Notes: generated from the letters alone by a model not told the origin. Positions 49,802 through 61,397 are shown, numbered from the whole stretch's first letter. The stretch: 63,532 nucleotides of DNA, filler included, from Hyphochytrium catenoides (GCA_900088475.1; 10 parts of 10 records of this genome joined end to end with filler, not necessarily neighbours in it), one strand, 5' to 3'. Numbers and translations are program-made.

Positions 49802-52368
49802 ATGGTGGCTATTCTCCCGCACATTAGACGTCATCGCAATACCGCGTCTCTTTCTTTGGGGCTTCGACAGCATGTTGGAGCCCACGGTCAATTGTCTTGG
49901 CAAAACGTGGAGCCACCCGTGACTGTCATAGCTAGAGCGATGAGCATCCGCCGCTACGAACGGCGGAAAAGGAAAGAGCAAACGCCGGAAGAGAAGAGAG
50001 CCAAGAGAGAGGAGATTGCTGCAAAGAAGGAGAGATGGAAGAGAGAAGAGAGGAAGAAGGTGGCCAAAGTGGATGAGGGGGAAGTTCTCGAGTCCATGCG
50101 AGACATGGTAGGCCATGCATTTCTCACCGAGAGCTTACTCGATCCTGAGTCTGCACAAGAGATACGAGAAGAGATAGGAGAAGCGGTCATGGAAGCAGAA
50201 GAAGACCAAGAAGAAGATACTGTCTCTCCCTCTTTCCCTTCCTCCTCTTCGCCGCCTCTTGGCTCTCAAAAATACGAGAGAGCCATGAAGTTTGCAGAGC
50301 AGCAAGCACAACGACAAGCAGAGAAGAAAGCGTTCTTAGAGCTTCTTGCTTCTCTGCCGTTAGGAAACTTCAAAGGGGCTCTGCGGGTTATTGATGCTAG
50401 GGATATAGAGGGAGATAGACTGGCTAGGGCGATATTAGGGAGAGAGAAAGTGCTGGGCTTTGACACAGAGAGTAAACCGCAAACTGGTGACCGTTCCATG
50501 GATCCTTGCCTTGTACAGCTTTCTAGCGAAAATCACGCCTTTCTCTATAGACTGAGGGCAGGCATACCGATGCTTCCTGGCCTCGTGGAGCTGCTTGAGA
50601 ACAAATATATCATTAAGGTAAAGAAAGAGAGGTGGCTACTCTTTTCTCTCTCTCTCTCTCCCTCTTTTTTGGCTTTCTCTTTCCTCTCTAGTGTTGACCC
50701 TCTCCCATCTCTATTACTCTAGCTTGTCGAGACACTCGCTCTTGCTTCTGTTGGCGCTTGCGTTGGTCACCGCGTGACATGAAGGCCCTCCTCTGCTCAC
50801 GGGAGATGCTTTGTCCCTTCAGTCTAGCGTTCCTCTCTCTTTCTTGACTTGCTGTTTTCGTCTCTCTTTGCACTGCCGCCCCTCTCTCTCTCTTCAGAGT
50901 CTTCTCATAATCTTTCTGTCGCGTTCTCTCCTAACCTGATCTTAACCTTTTGACTAGTAGAGTGGCTCTTACCTCTCATCTACCATTTCCGTTCTCTCTG
51001 TCCCCATTGTCTCTTCCGTTCCTGCCTTCTCCCCTGTGGACTTACTGACACCATGCCATGGGTCATACGTGGCTCGCGTCTTGTTTGTGTGTGTGCCCTC
51101 TCTCTCTGTCTCTCCCTTTCTCTGCGTGGCGTGTATGCTTTCTCTCTCTACCTTTAATTCTATAAAGACCGGTGCAGGGGTAAAGAATGATGTTATGGGC
51201 CTTCACAAGCAGGCGAGGGACGTCAATCAGCCGCTATCTGTAGCATCTATGGTATGCCTCTCTTCCTTTCTCTCTCTCGCTCTGACTCTCTCTCCTCTAG
51301 CTGTGGGACCAGCAGGTCTTGCTGTAGATTCATCCTCGCATTGCAATCTCTTCTCCTTCCATGTTCCTCCTCTCTCCTAGTCACCCGCCTTTTGTCCTAT
51401 GGCTCTCTCCCTTTTCCATTTCTCTCTCTTGCTCTGTCTCTCTCTCCCTTTTAGACCCTTTTTCGGGGCCATTCCTGTTTGGCATTGTATCTCTCACTCA
51501 CTCTCTCTTTCTCCCTGGCAGATTGACATCCAGCATATTGCCCAGCAATTCTCGATATCCCGCATCTCTCTCCAGGCGCTGACCGCGACATACCTGGGTG
51601 TTCGCATTAACAAGTCTCAGCAGGTCTCAAACTGGGAGAGAGAGAGACTTTCCCCGGCGCAGAAGACTTATGCAGCCACTGACGCTTGGGCAGGGAGGCA
51701 AGGTAGACGCTATAATAAAGTGCCTTTCTTTTCCTCTTACGTCTTTTCTGTGTGTGTGTGTCTTCCTCTCTCTTTTTCGTTGCATTCTCGTCCTTCCAGG
51801 TATATCTTTTCCTCCTACTTCTCTTATTTCTCTGTCTCTGTCTCTTTCACTCTCTGGTTCTTTCTGTGTCTTTCACTCCTCTCAAGCTTGCCAGTCACTT
51901 CTCCTTCGACTCGTACTTCAGCTCACTTTCGTTGACTTCTAGACTCTTCTTTCTTTCTCTCTTTCTCTTCGTCTTCTTGCTATCTCTCTCTCTCTCTCTT
52001 TTTTGTCTCACGGTTCTCTCCATATCCTCTGACTGCCCAACAGTGTCCTCTGTCGTCTTTTCTCTCTTTCACACCCTTTCATATCTAACTGACCTGCTCT
52101 GTCTGTCTCTCTCTTCTCTGCCATAATAGTTCTTCTAGCGATGGCAGAAATGCACGAGCTTACCCCGAAGAATATCATCTTGCAAGGAGTAAACTCCGTC
52201 TCTGAAGAGAGAGCTCTCTCTCTTCTGAAAGAGGCTTCTCAAGAGAATATGGAGGGCCAACTATTCCGAGCGTTCAAGAAGAGACAGAGCCCCCAGCTTA
52301 TGAGGAATGTGGACCACCAGCTAATGCAGGCAGTGATGGACAGTATCATTGGGCAAACGTCACGATAG
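49802..52368 (+). CDS. DEDDy 3'-5' exonuclease (WRN-exo/EXD2-like). Exons 49802-50617, 51168-51251, 51522-51702, 52130-52368
   Basis: ExoI VLGFDTE, LVQLSS, K|TGAGVKND, IDIQ, SLQALTATYLG, SNWERERLSPAQKTYAATDA (ExoIII YxxxD). GT-AG junctions keep the frame. Confidence 0.93.
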
Positions 52369-52888
52369 AGTTTCTCTCTCTCTCTCTCTCTCTTTTTGTC
52401 TCCCGTATCTTCTTTTGACTTGAATGGGAAGCGGAGGATTCTGTCTTCGCCATTACAGAGGGCAGATTCTTTCTCTCTCTATTCTACGAGACGATGGACG
52501 GAGGAGAGGGAAGGGTGATGTCGATGTGGAAAGACATCTCTCTTGAACCTCTCCCTTCCCCTTGCGTTTCTTTCTTTCCTCGATACTACCGCTAGACCTA
52601 GAGTCTTTCTGGTCTGTCTCTCATGTAACAGACAGGGCTTACACTTGTCAGCGTCTTCACGAAGAGGAAGTCTATCTCTTTTGTTTTCTCTTCTCTACTT
52701 TCTTCTCTTTCTCTACCCATGTCTCCACTAAGTAGTGGCCGCTTTTTCTCTCTTGTCCTTTGCGGCTGGCAGCTTCCTCTGCACCCTGACAGCCCCCAAT
52801 AAATTATCTTATCACCTCATCGCTGGGTAAACCTGTTTTCTCTCTCTCTCTCTCTCTTCCTCTCTCTCTCTCTCTCTCATTTTGTCTC

Positions 52889-53775
52889 CTAGGCTATTAA
52901 TGCTGGAGCCAGAGCGTCTGGCCTGACATCTGGGGCGAGGGCTTGCTCAATTTTTCTATAAACAAAGGCATTGCCCTCAGGACCAAGGTGCAAACCGTCA
53001 GGAAGGAAAGACTCCCACTCTGTCTCTTCCTCTTGGAATGAACTCCATAGATTTATCCCTTGGACTCCCATCTCTCTCGCCACTTCCATGGCAACGTCTG
53101 CATACTTTCCACTTTCTCGCAGAGTTCTTTCTAGCACAACGCCATCGAGGGAGAGAGGAGGAACAGCATCCGAGAGAGAGACATACCGCTTACGATTCTC
53201 TTCGGCGACAGGAGGAGGAGAGAGAAGGAGAATCTGCGCCGAGGAGTGGAACTGCTTGGCATAGCTAACAATATCTATGAGGTTTTGCCGGTATTCCGAG
53301 AGAGGAACGCGCTGTCCGGAGCTGTCTCTCTCTTCTAAGACCGAGTCATTGGCTCCAAAGAAGATTGTGATGAGAATGGTTGTCCCTTGAGCCAGGTGCG
53401 AGGTATCCGCAGGCACGTCAAAGACTTTCCTCATCACCTTCTTAGCCCACCTGCCAGGAAAAGGAGTAGGTGATCAGTCCATTTCTCTCTCTTTAGATTT
53501 CATGGGTAAGAAGAGAGAGGAGAAGAGGGAATGGAAGACCTGGTATTATAACCTGACAAGCCCCTGCAGATCACATCGGCTCGTCCAGAGTAATAATGCG
53601 CGAGACTGGCGCCCCAGCCGCCTTTACCCATAGAGAGCTGGGTAATGGAGTCTCCGAAAAGAATGATTCTTCTGGGCTCCACAAAGGACTGACCTCTACT
53701 GGCCGTAGAGAGGTTGTTGGTAGGGCTAGAGGACTCATCGCGACTTTCCTCCATTATGATTCCTCGTGCCGTCAT
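52889..53775 (-). CDS. IAH1: Isoamyl acetate-hydrolysing esterase-like SGNH/GDSL hydrolase; one intron 53451-53539
   Basis: Motifs [32 protein letters not shown]|[11 protein letters not shown] and FLPDGLHL. Start could be 53775 or 53754. Confidence 0.92.
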
Positions 53776-54976
53776 AAACACTATGAAGACTTTCGTCTGT
53801 CAGCTTCTACTCTATGTCACAGAGAGGAAATAGATGATCCATGGCGCTTTGTCAATGATCTTCGTCTCTCGGTCCGGCGATTGTCTGCAGATTTCTGCAG
53901 ATCTTTGGCCAGATTTCTGAAGCTTTTTGCCTTGCTAAAAGATCTTTGTGTCATTTCCTCTTCTCTCAAAAACAAGCCGCTAACGGTGATATGGGAGTGT
54001 AAATTGTCAATATGAAAGCGTTAGAGTAGGTCTAGTTCACCTCCTCTGTGAGTCCGTCAACGAAGTCGTGGAAGTGTACGAAGAGAACTGTAATTTGCAG
54101 TTTTCGAGAGTCTAGTGATTACTTAATCAGAGTAAGCTATGGTTTTGATCTAGTTATCAGAAGAGTGTGTTACACTTCAAAGTGGCTCTTGGGCACCTGT
54201 CACTAGAGAGAGAGAGANNNNNNNNNNNNNNNNNNNNNNNNNNNNNNNNNNNNNNNNNNNNNNNNNNNNNNNNNNNNNNNNNNNNNNNNNNGAGAGAAAC
54301 AGGGAGAGAGAGACAGGGAGACAGAGACAGAGAGAGGGAGAGAATGGGACAGAGAGAAAAGCGAGGAGAAAAGGAAACCAAGGAGCGAGAGGACCTTCAG
54401 ATACAAAGCTCTCCAATGCTCCCGCAGGTTTGCTCTTGAGAGAGAGAGAAAGAAAGAGAGAGATCGCATTGCCAACATCAAGAGACCCAAGGAAGCAGTG
54501 GGTATAACTTTATCTCCGTAGCACAGAGAATAGACCTGTCTCTCCCGGAGTGTGAGAAAGGCATAGACGGCCTCCTTTCTCTTTTCCTTCAAGGTCTCTT
54601 TCCCGTGGGGAGAGGCGCGCGGCGGTATTGAGGAGAGAATAAGAGAGACGCAGAGAGAGAGAGAGAAAGGGAGAGAGAGAGAGAGCGCACGAGTTGCGGT
54701 GATCATCTGAGGCTTAAGAATGCTTCTCTCCAGACCCAAAACAGGAGGCGTCCGTGCTGGGCCCAGGGTAGGGCCACTTTCTTCTGTCAAGGCTGACACT
54801 CTCCTCCCTCTCTCTTTCTCTCTCTTGATAGTTACTCCTTGTTACCCTGCACTCTTCCTCGCACCTACCGCCTCCATTCTGCTCATCTCTCTCTCTCTCT
54901 TGCTGCTCGCTGTAGATCCCTCTCTCTCGCCCGCATTCTCTCATCCTTTCACTCTCTCTCTCTTTTCTTATCTTAG

Positions 54977-55068
54977 GTGCTCAATGCCGCCAGCGTCGTC
55001 AATCTTGGGTCAGTAGAGGCGCCCAGAAAGAAGAAAGTGCCAGAACTGACAGAGTTCATCGCCAACAG
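54977..55068 (+). CDS. Isolated exon of a hypothetical gene
   Basis: AG|VLNAASVVNLGSVEAPRKKKVPELTEFIANR|GT, flanked by CT-rich intron-like sequence. The rest of the gene is unresolved. Confidence 0.35.
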
Positions 55069-56130
55069 GTTGGCCATAAAATCACCTCCATATCTCTCTC
55101 TCTCTCTCTCTCTCCCGGTTTGGCGCTCTCTCTCTCTCTCTTGCTATTCTCTTACCTCTCACTCGTCTGCTCCCGCCTTCTCTCTCCCGTCCCTCGCAAG
55201 TTCTCTCTTTCTGTATCAAGTTCCTCATAGCCACGCTTCCCTTCTGCATCCCACCGTCTTTCGGTGTAGCTACCAATATAGTTCTTACTCTTTCTTCTCT
55301 CTCTCTTTTGTCTCTCCCCTCTTCTCTCTTTATGCAATTTCTCTCTCTCTTCCTTCTCTCTCTCTCTCTCCTTTCCTCTCTCCTTCCTGTTCTGACTCCT
55401 ATTNNNNNNNNNNNNNNNNNNNNNNNNNNNNNNNNNNNNNNNNNNNNTTAATTAATTAANNNNNNNNNNNNNNNNNNNNNNNNNNNNNNNNNNNNNNNNN
55501 NNNCTCGTCTCTCTCTTCAGGATCCGTCCGAGGAGTGCCCAAGTCGTTAGCCTTCGTAACGCCAGGAGAGAGAGAAGTCGACATCTTTCTCTCTCTTTTT
55601 TCTCTTTCTTCCTTCTTTCTGCTGGAGTCTCTCTATACAGATGAGTAAAAAGAAAGAATGTTAGCTACAGATCCAAGGGTACAGTCACTGAAGACTCAAG
55701 AAAGAACGCGCTTTTCTTCCTACTAGGAAAGAGGGAAGAGAGAGAGAGCAAGCGAGCGAGAGAGATCGAGAGAGAGAGACGGGGAAGGAGAGAGAGAGAG
55801 AGAGAGAGAAGAATACTCAAGGCCGTCACTTGCGACTCTAATCAGTGTGCTTACCTAGCCGATGAGAAAATGAGGCAGCAATGCTAGTAGAAATTTGGCA
55901 GGTCTCTCTCTCTGTCTCTCCCTCTGCTCTCTTTTCTCTCTCTCTCCTCTCCTATCTATCTAGAGTCTACAGCTATCTGTATCTTGTGCTGCTGGTCGGG
56001 CGGTGCTTGCTCTTTTCTGACCCTGACTGATTCGTCTCTTACTGGGCACGAAAATGCCCAAGTTTCGCATCGTCTCGGCTCCTCTCTCTCTCTCTCTCTC
56101 TCTCTNNNNNNNNNNNNNNNNNNNNNNNNN

Positions 56131-56173
<43 letters not shown>

Positions 56174-56301
56174 CTCTCTTTCACTCACTTTCACTCTCTC
56201 TTTCTCCCTCTCTCTCTCTCGCTCTCGCTCTCTCTTTCTCTCTCTCTTTCTCTCCCTCTTTCTCTCTCTCTCCCTCTTTCTCTCTCTTTCACTCTCCCTT
56301 T

Positions 56302-56337
<36 letters not shown>

Positions 56338-57885
56338 GTGGGCATGGTCTGTGTGATACAGAACAAGCTGGCAGCTGACCTCCCGAGCCAACGACCCTCC
56401 CAACGCAAACATTTAGTAAAAACCATTTCTTTCACTTGAAACCTTTCAACCTTGAGGTTGTTTTTAGGTATAGAAATCATTTGAATGTTACCATTGACTG
56501 AAATCAATCGTATGTTTCAGAATTTGGCTCCTTCCTCTCGTTTTGGATGCTACTCTCTATGGTACGAGCCAGAGGAGACTGGCTTCAATACATAATTGCC
56601 CTTCTACAGTTCATGAGAGACAGGACTCCTTGCTTTACTGTTATTTTTCGAACACATGTGTGGGCCTTGTAGTCATCTTAATTCCTCATAATGCTAAAGC
56701 TTTATCCATGATAAACAAGACGCCACCACTACGCCACTGCCAGCGTACTGTACATGTACGTGTAATTTACCTGTATTTCTATGGGTTCTACCATTCTGAA
56801 TAGACCTATAGGGTGGGTGGGTTAGGAAGCAGTAAAACGTATACTCTATACTAATGCTATTGCCACTACACCTCCATATATTACATTAAACTGTGAAGCC
56901 CAAAGGGTGATTAAGCAAAGAATTGTTGGCTGCACCTCTGTCTCGTATACATTTAGGTTTATCCTATAGATTTATCCATCTCTCCGGAGAGAGAGAAGAT
57001 AGGAAGAGAGACAGGGACGAAAGGGGGAGGCACAGAGAGAGAGACAGAGAAAGAGAGAGAGGGGGAGAGAGAGAAAGAGAGAGAGAGAGAAAGAGAAAGA
57101 GAGAGAGAGAAAGAGAGAGAGAGTGATATAGAGAGAGAGAAAGAGTGAGAGAGACTTCAAGAGAGTACACTGAGAGAAAGAGAGAAAAAGAGAAAGAGAG
57201 AGAGACAGAGAGAAAGGGAGAGAGGGAGAGAGGGAGAGAGAGAGAGAGAGGGAGAGAGAGAGNNNNNNNNNNNNNNNNNNNNNNNNNNNNNNNNAGAGAG
57301 AGAGAGAGAGAGAGAGAGAGAGTTGTTCGTTTTTCATAGCAAAAGATCCACCACAAGAATCAGATGTGGAGCATACATCGCCTGGTTCTGAAGAGACACA
57401 AGAGAGAGAAAAGAGAGAGAGAAACGCTTGTCACGTACTCTCTCTCTTCAAAACAGAATTTCCACAGATCGGCAAAAAGAAAGGAGAGAAAACGAAGGGA
57501 GAAAGTGCTGAAGCGGGAGGACAAGAGAGGAGAGACAGGCTCCTACTAGACAACACCGATAAAGAGGAGAGAGAGGAGGAGAGAGAGAGCCAAAGAGAGA
57601 GAGATACACACACAGAGAGAGAGAGAGANNNNNNNNNNNNNNNNNNNNNNNNNNNNNNNNNNNNNNNNNNNNTTAATTAATTAANNNNNNNNNNNNNNNN
57701 NNNNNNNNNNNNNNNNNNNNNNNNNNNNCGCACATTCCTGTTTTCAGACCCTTGACCTAAAGGCCAAGGGCACTACGTAACCCTATAACAAGGGATAGAA
57801 AAGAAGAAGCGAAAAAAGGAAAGGAGTACAAGTCCACAAGTAGGCAAAAATAATATGTGAAGTAGTCTACCGCGAGTTACAAGTA

Positions 57886-57913
57886 CAGTAGACCCCCTGT
57901 AAATTTGCGTACC
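57886..57913 (+). repeat. Left TIR CAGTAGACCCCCTGTAAATTTGCGTACC
   Basis: Exact reverse complement of 62177-62204. Confidence 0.97.
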
Positions 57914-58277
57914 AGTCATTTTGCGTATCCACTTTTTTGCGCACAAAATCTTGGGACACAACTTTTTCGTACTGCTTCTGAATAATGACGTATTTATTCC
58001 TAAATCAGCACTAATGTTAACAAGGGGCTGATCTTTGCTCTGTTTATCTTAGAAGGGTTTCTATCTCCTCCTTCCACTTTTTCCTTCTTCAAGTTCCTTC
58101 TTCTTCGTTCCCACTCCCAGCGCCGCCGCCGCCGCGCCGCGCTTCTTCTCATTCTCCTACTTCTTCTTGCTGGTTGTGCTTGCTGGCTCCTCCTCGCTCC
58201 TCCATGCCTCCTCCTCTTTCTCGTTCTCGCTCGCTTCTCTTTATAGCGAGCCAAGCCTGCTGAAGAAAGAACAACCG

Positions 58278-61200
58278 ATGACTCTTCCAATTGCGTCCTT
58301 TCCTCCTCCTCATCAGTCCGGCAGTGGTGGTGATGGTGGTGGCGCTGCTGGGCTGTTGAGGGAAAGAGAACCCCTGCGTATGTTGGGGGAGCTGACGACA
58401 TTGCTCTCTGAGAAGGCGCTACGCAAAAGCAGCGATACCCATGATGGTCGTTGTCACATTCTTCAACCTCTCATAGAGTCTATAACAGCTCTCCTGAAGC
58501 CTTCTGGTTTTAAGGTCTACAATCCTCCGGGTGATGGGCACTGTCTCCTTCGATGTTACCTCTGCGCAGTCTACGGAGAGGCTGCGGCTTCAAACGACAG
58601 TCGTGTGGCCTCACTTAGGAGGCGCATTGCAGGAGCTTTCACAGAACTTGGCGAGCAATGCCTGGACTATGACGAGTTACTTCTTCTCTGGCTAGAGAAC
58701 TGTGACGACCGTGATGAGCGCTGGGCAGCCTCCTGTGAGGAAAACCCTAATCAAGAGAGACTCCTTCTAAAATGGCGTGCCTTTTGCAGAGATTACGGGG
58801 ACTTTAGAAAGGCAAAGTACTCTGGAGAGACAGTTCTGTCCGTCATTCGCTCCCAGATCCATCCAGAGACTGACAATCTCATATTCATTATTGTCTCCGT
58901 CTCAGAGAGGAATGGATGGCACGTGCTGGAGAAGAAATTAGCAGTTCGCGGTACAGATAAGCTGTCCGATGATCACAATGCAGTCTTTCTGATCTACCTG
59001 ACGTCTGCGCAACACTTTTGTCTTGTGACGAGGCAGCCAGAACATCCATTAGCAGATAATCGTCGGCAGCAGCAGCAGCAGCCGTTACTACCCAAAGAGG
59101 TATCATCACAAGAACCTGAAGTCACGAAGTTGCCAACAGGGCCGGCAGCAGAGGGCCAGACAAGAGGAGAAGGTGGTCGTGCTACGCTCAAACAAAAGGC
59201 CGGAGGGAAGATGCCGGTTACATCGGCCTCGTCCGGAAAAGGAAAGCAACGACAGAAGGCCAGCCGCAAAAGCAAAACTCACCTCACTATATCCGCTAAG
59301 CTTGAGGTTCTGAAAGCTCGAGCTGCTGGCGCAACTATCGCTGCTGTCTCTAAGCGATTTGGGGTATCCAAACGAACGGTGGTGTACTTGGTAACGCAAA
59401 AGAACGGGATTGAACAGAAAAACCTCAATTCAAGGCTGCGTGGAACCAAGAACTTGAAAGCTAATGTCAAATTCCCAGTCCTGGAGACAGCAGTGCAGGC
59501 CTTCGTGGAACTTATGCGCCGAGAGCGTTTCCCTGTCACTGCTAGGTTGATCCAGTCCCAAGCCCTGGCAATAGCGGCAGACCTTGGCATTGCTGAGTAT
59601 GATTTCAAGGCAAGTGATAACTGGGCAGCACGGTTCGTTAAAAGGATGGGATTGACCTCTAAGACCTTGCACGGCGAAGCCGGCTCAGCACGCGGCCTGG
59701 ATGTCTCAGATGCGATCCGCAAGCTAAGGAAGGAGCTCGACGGTTACTCTGTAGAGCACATCTACAATATGGATGAGACTGGTCTTTTCTATCGTCTCCT
59801 TCCGAAGAAATCGTACATCTGCATGGATGAGGACAAGCGGAGTGTTCGGGGCACAAAGATGATGAAGGCGAAGGATAGGATCTCCCTATACGTCTGTACC
59901 AATGCTGCCGGCACCCACAAGCTGCCTATGGGTGTGATTGGCAAATCTGCCAACCCTCGCATTTTGGGAAAAGGGGCTACTAGGACAACCCTCTTGAAAG
60001 ACCTTAGGTTAAACTACTTTAGCCAAAGTAACGCCTGGTCTGACACCAAGACTATGCTGGACTGGTTACGCGAGGTCTTTCTGCCCCAGGCTAGACGGCA
60101 TGCTAAAGGAGCTAAAATTGCTCTTATCATGGATAATTGCGGTCCTCATCTGACAAAGAAGCGTGGGGAGGATGGCGAGGAAGTGCCAGTACTACCTGAC
60201 CTCGAGGATTGTAAGTTCCTGTTTCTGCCTCCAAATGTGACTTCCATTCACCAGCCAATGGACCAAGGGGTCATTGCTCTTACTAAGAGAGCATACCGCT
60301 ATAGGCTGCTGATTGTATGGGGAAAGGTTTTTCGGTACCGCCTTCAGCTCCAGAACACATCAAAGCAGATGAAGAGAGGCACAAAGGGCATCCAGGAGGG
60401 ATCTCCTCCGCACCTATTGGATGCCATCACGATACTCTCTGATGTCTGGAGGAACAGTCTGACGAAGGAAGCAATTATACGTTGCTGGTTGAAGTCCGAC
60501 ATTTTACCTGCTGCACACCAGAAGGCACTGACCAAAGAAGTAGGGGATGACTCTGCTCGTCGCGGAGGCTCAAGGAGAAGAGTTATCCCGGATCTCTTGA
60601 GTGATCAACAGACTGAGCAGGATGCAGACGACTTTGACTCCTCATCAGTTCCAACTGCAACATCAGGGTCTCCCGCCAAGTCGCAAGGACATCTCCCCGA
60701 TACCGTGCTGGATATGGTGAAAGATATCAGTACCGCGCTCGGTGATATGGCGAAGGCGGAGCTACTGGCAGCCACAGAGAAGAAGAAGAGCTCTAACAGC
60801 GCTGCCGCTGCTACGCTGAATAAAAAACCAGAAGTGGAGCACCGCGACGAGGTGGGAGAGTGTCTACTTCAAATGGCCCAGCTAAGCGTCAAAGACCAGG
60901 AGGAGACTGTGTTACGCTGGCTAAACCTGGAGGCGGATCCGGAGATCAGCGAAGCCATTGTAAATGACGGCCTTGAGGAAATCAAAGCCAGAGCTATCAA
61001 AGAGGTAAATCAGCATGGTGCAGCAGCAGCTTCCGGGGGCAACACGAGCAGATCTATCGAGGACTTTGATGGCTGTGTCAGTGAGAGTAAACAGGCTAGT
61101 GATAATGATGAGGACACCAGCGGCGGAGAGGAAAAAGTCACATCCGCTACACCTAAAGAGCAAGGAAACCCCCCGCCGTCGAAGAAGCGACAGCCAATGC

Positions 61201-61397
61201 CCAGTTCGGAGCAGTTCTTAGCCGTCTTCGAGACGCTAGAAGGCTACTTGGTTAGTTGTGGTGTGAGTGACCAGCTCATCAAAGACACCCATAAGTTGCG
61301 CTATTCAATCCTCAGTGAGCGAGACGCGATCGAGAAGGAGGAGGAAGAGGCAAAGAAAGTCCAGGTCCGCATCACTTCTTTCTTCAGCAGGCCATGA
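58278..61397 (+). CDS. OTU-like cysteine protease / pogo transposase fusion (OTU - CENP-B_N HTH - HTH_Tnp_Tc5 - DDE_1 - PIP box); first ATG at 58278, frame open from 58167
   Basis: OTU-like: PGDGHCLLR...FLIYLTSAQHFCLV. HTH: LTISAKLEVL..VSKRFGVSKRTV. Tc5 HTH: KFPVLETAV..PVTARLIQSQA..FKASDNWAARFVKR. DDD triad: IYNMDETGLFYR, LIMDN, FLPPNVTSIHQPMDQGVI. C-terminal QVRITSFF. Confidence 0.93.
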   Translation: MTLPIASFPPPHQSGSGGDGGGAAGLLREREPLRMLGELTTLLSEKALRKSSDTHDGRCHILQPLIESITALLKPSGFKVYNPPGDGHCLLRCYLCAVYGEAAASNDSRVASLRRRIAGAFTELGEQCLDYDELLLLWLENCDDRDERWAASCEENPNQERLLLKWRAFCRDYGDFRKAKYSGETVLSVIRSQIHPETDNLIFIIVSVSERNGWHVLEKKLAVRGTDKLSDDHNAVFLIYLTSAQHFCLVTRQPEHPLADNRRQQQQQPLLPKEVSSQEPEVTKLPTGPAAEGQTRGEGGRATLKQKAGGKMPVTSASSGKGKQRQKASRKSKTHLTISAKLEVLKARAAGATIAAVSKRFGVSKRTVVYLVTQKNGIEQKNLNSRLRGTKNLKANVKFPVLETAVQAFVELMRRERFPVTARLIQSQALAIAADLGIAEYDFKASDNWAARFVKRMGLTSKTLHGEAGSARGLDVSDAIRKLRKELDGYSVEHIYNMDETGLFYRLLPKKSYICMDEDKRSVRGTKMMKAKDRISLYVCTNAAGTHKLPMGVIGKSANPRILGKGATRTTLLKDLRLNYFSQSNAWSDTKTMLDWLREVFLPQARRHAKGAKIALIMDNCGPHLTKKRGEDGEEVPVLPDLEDCKFLFLPPNVTSIHQPMDQGVIALTKRAYRYRLLIVWGKVFRYRLQLQNTSKQMKRGTKGIQEGSPPHLLDAITILSDVWRNSLTKEAIIRCWLKSDILPAAHQKALTKEVGDDSARRGGSRRRVIPDLLSDQQTEQDADDFDSSSVPTATSGSPAKSQGHLPDTVLDMVKDISTALGDMAKAELLAATEKKKSSNSAAAATLNKKPEVEHRDEVGECLLQMAQLSVKDQEETVLRWLNLEADPEISEAIVNDGLEEIKARAIKEVNQHGAAAASGGNTSRSIEDFDGCVSESKQASDNDEDTSGGEEKVTSATPKEQGNPPPSKKRQPMPSSEQFLAVFETLEGYLVSCGVSDQLIKDTHKLRYSILSERDAIEKEEEEAKKVQVRITSFFSRP

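Noticed and set aside
58167-58277. ORF-track start of the transposase at 58167
   Set aside because: The codon is TTG in low-complexity sequence. The first ATG is at 58278 (next at 58380), and both are upstream of the OTU motif.
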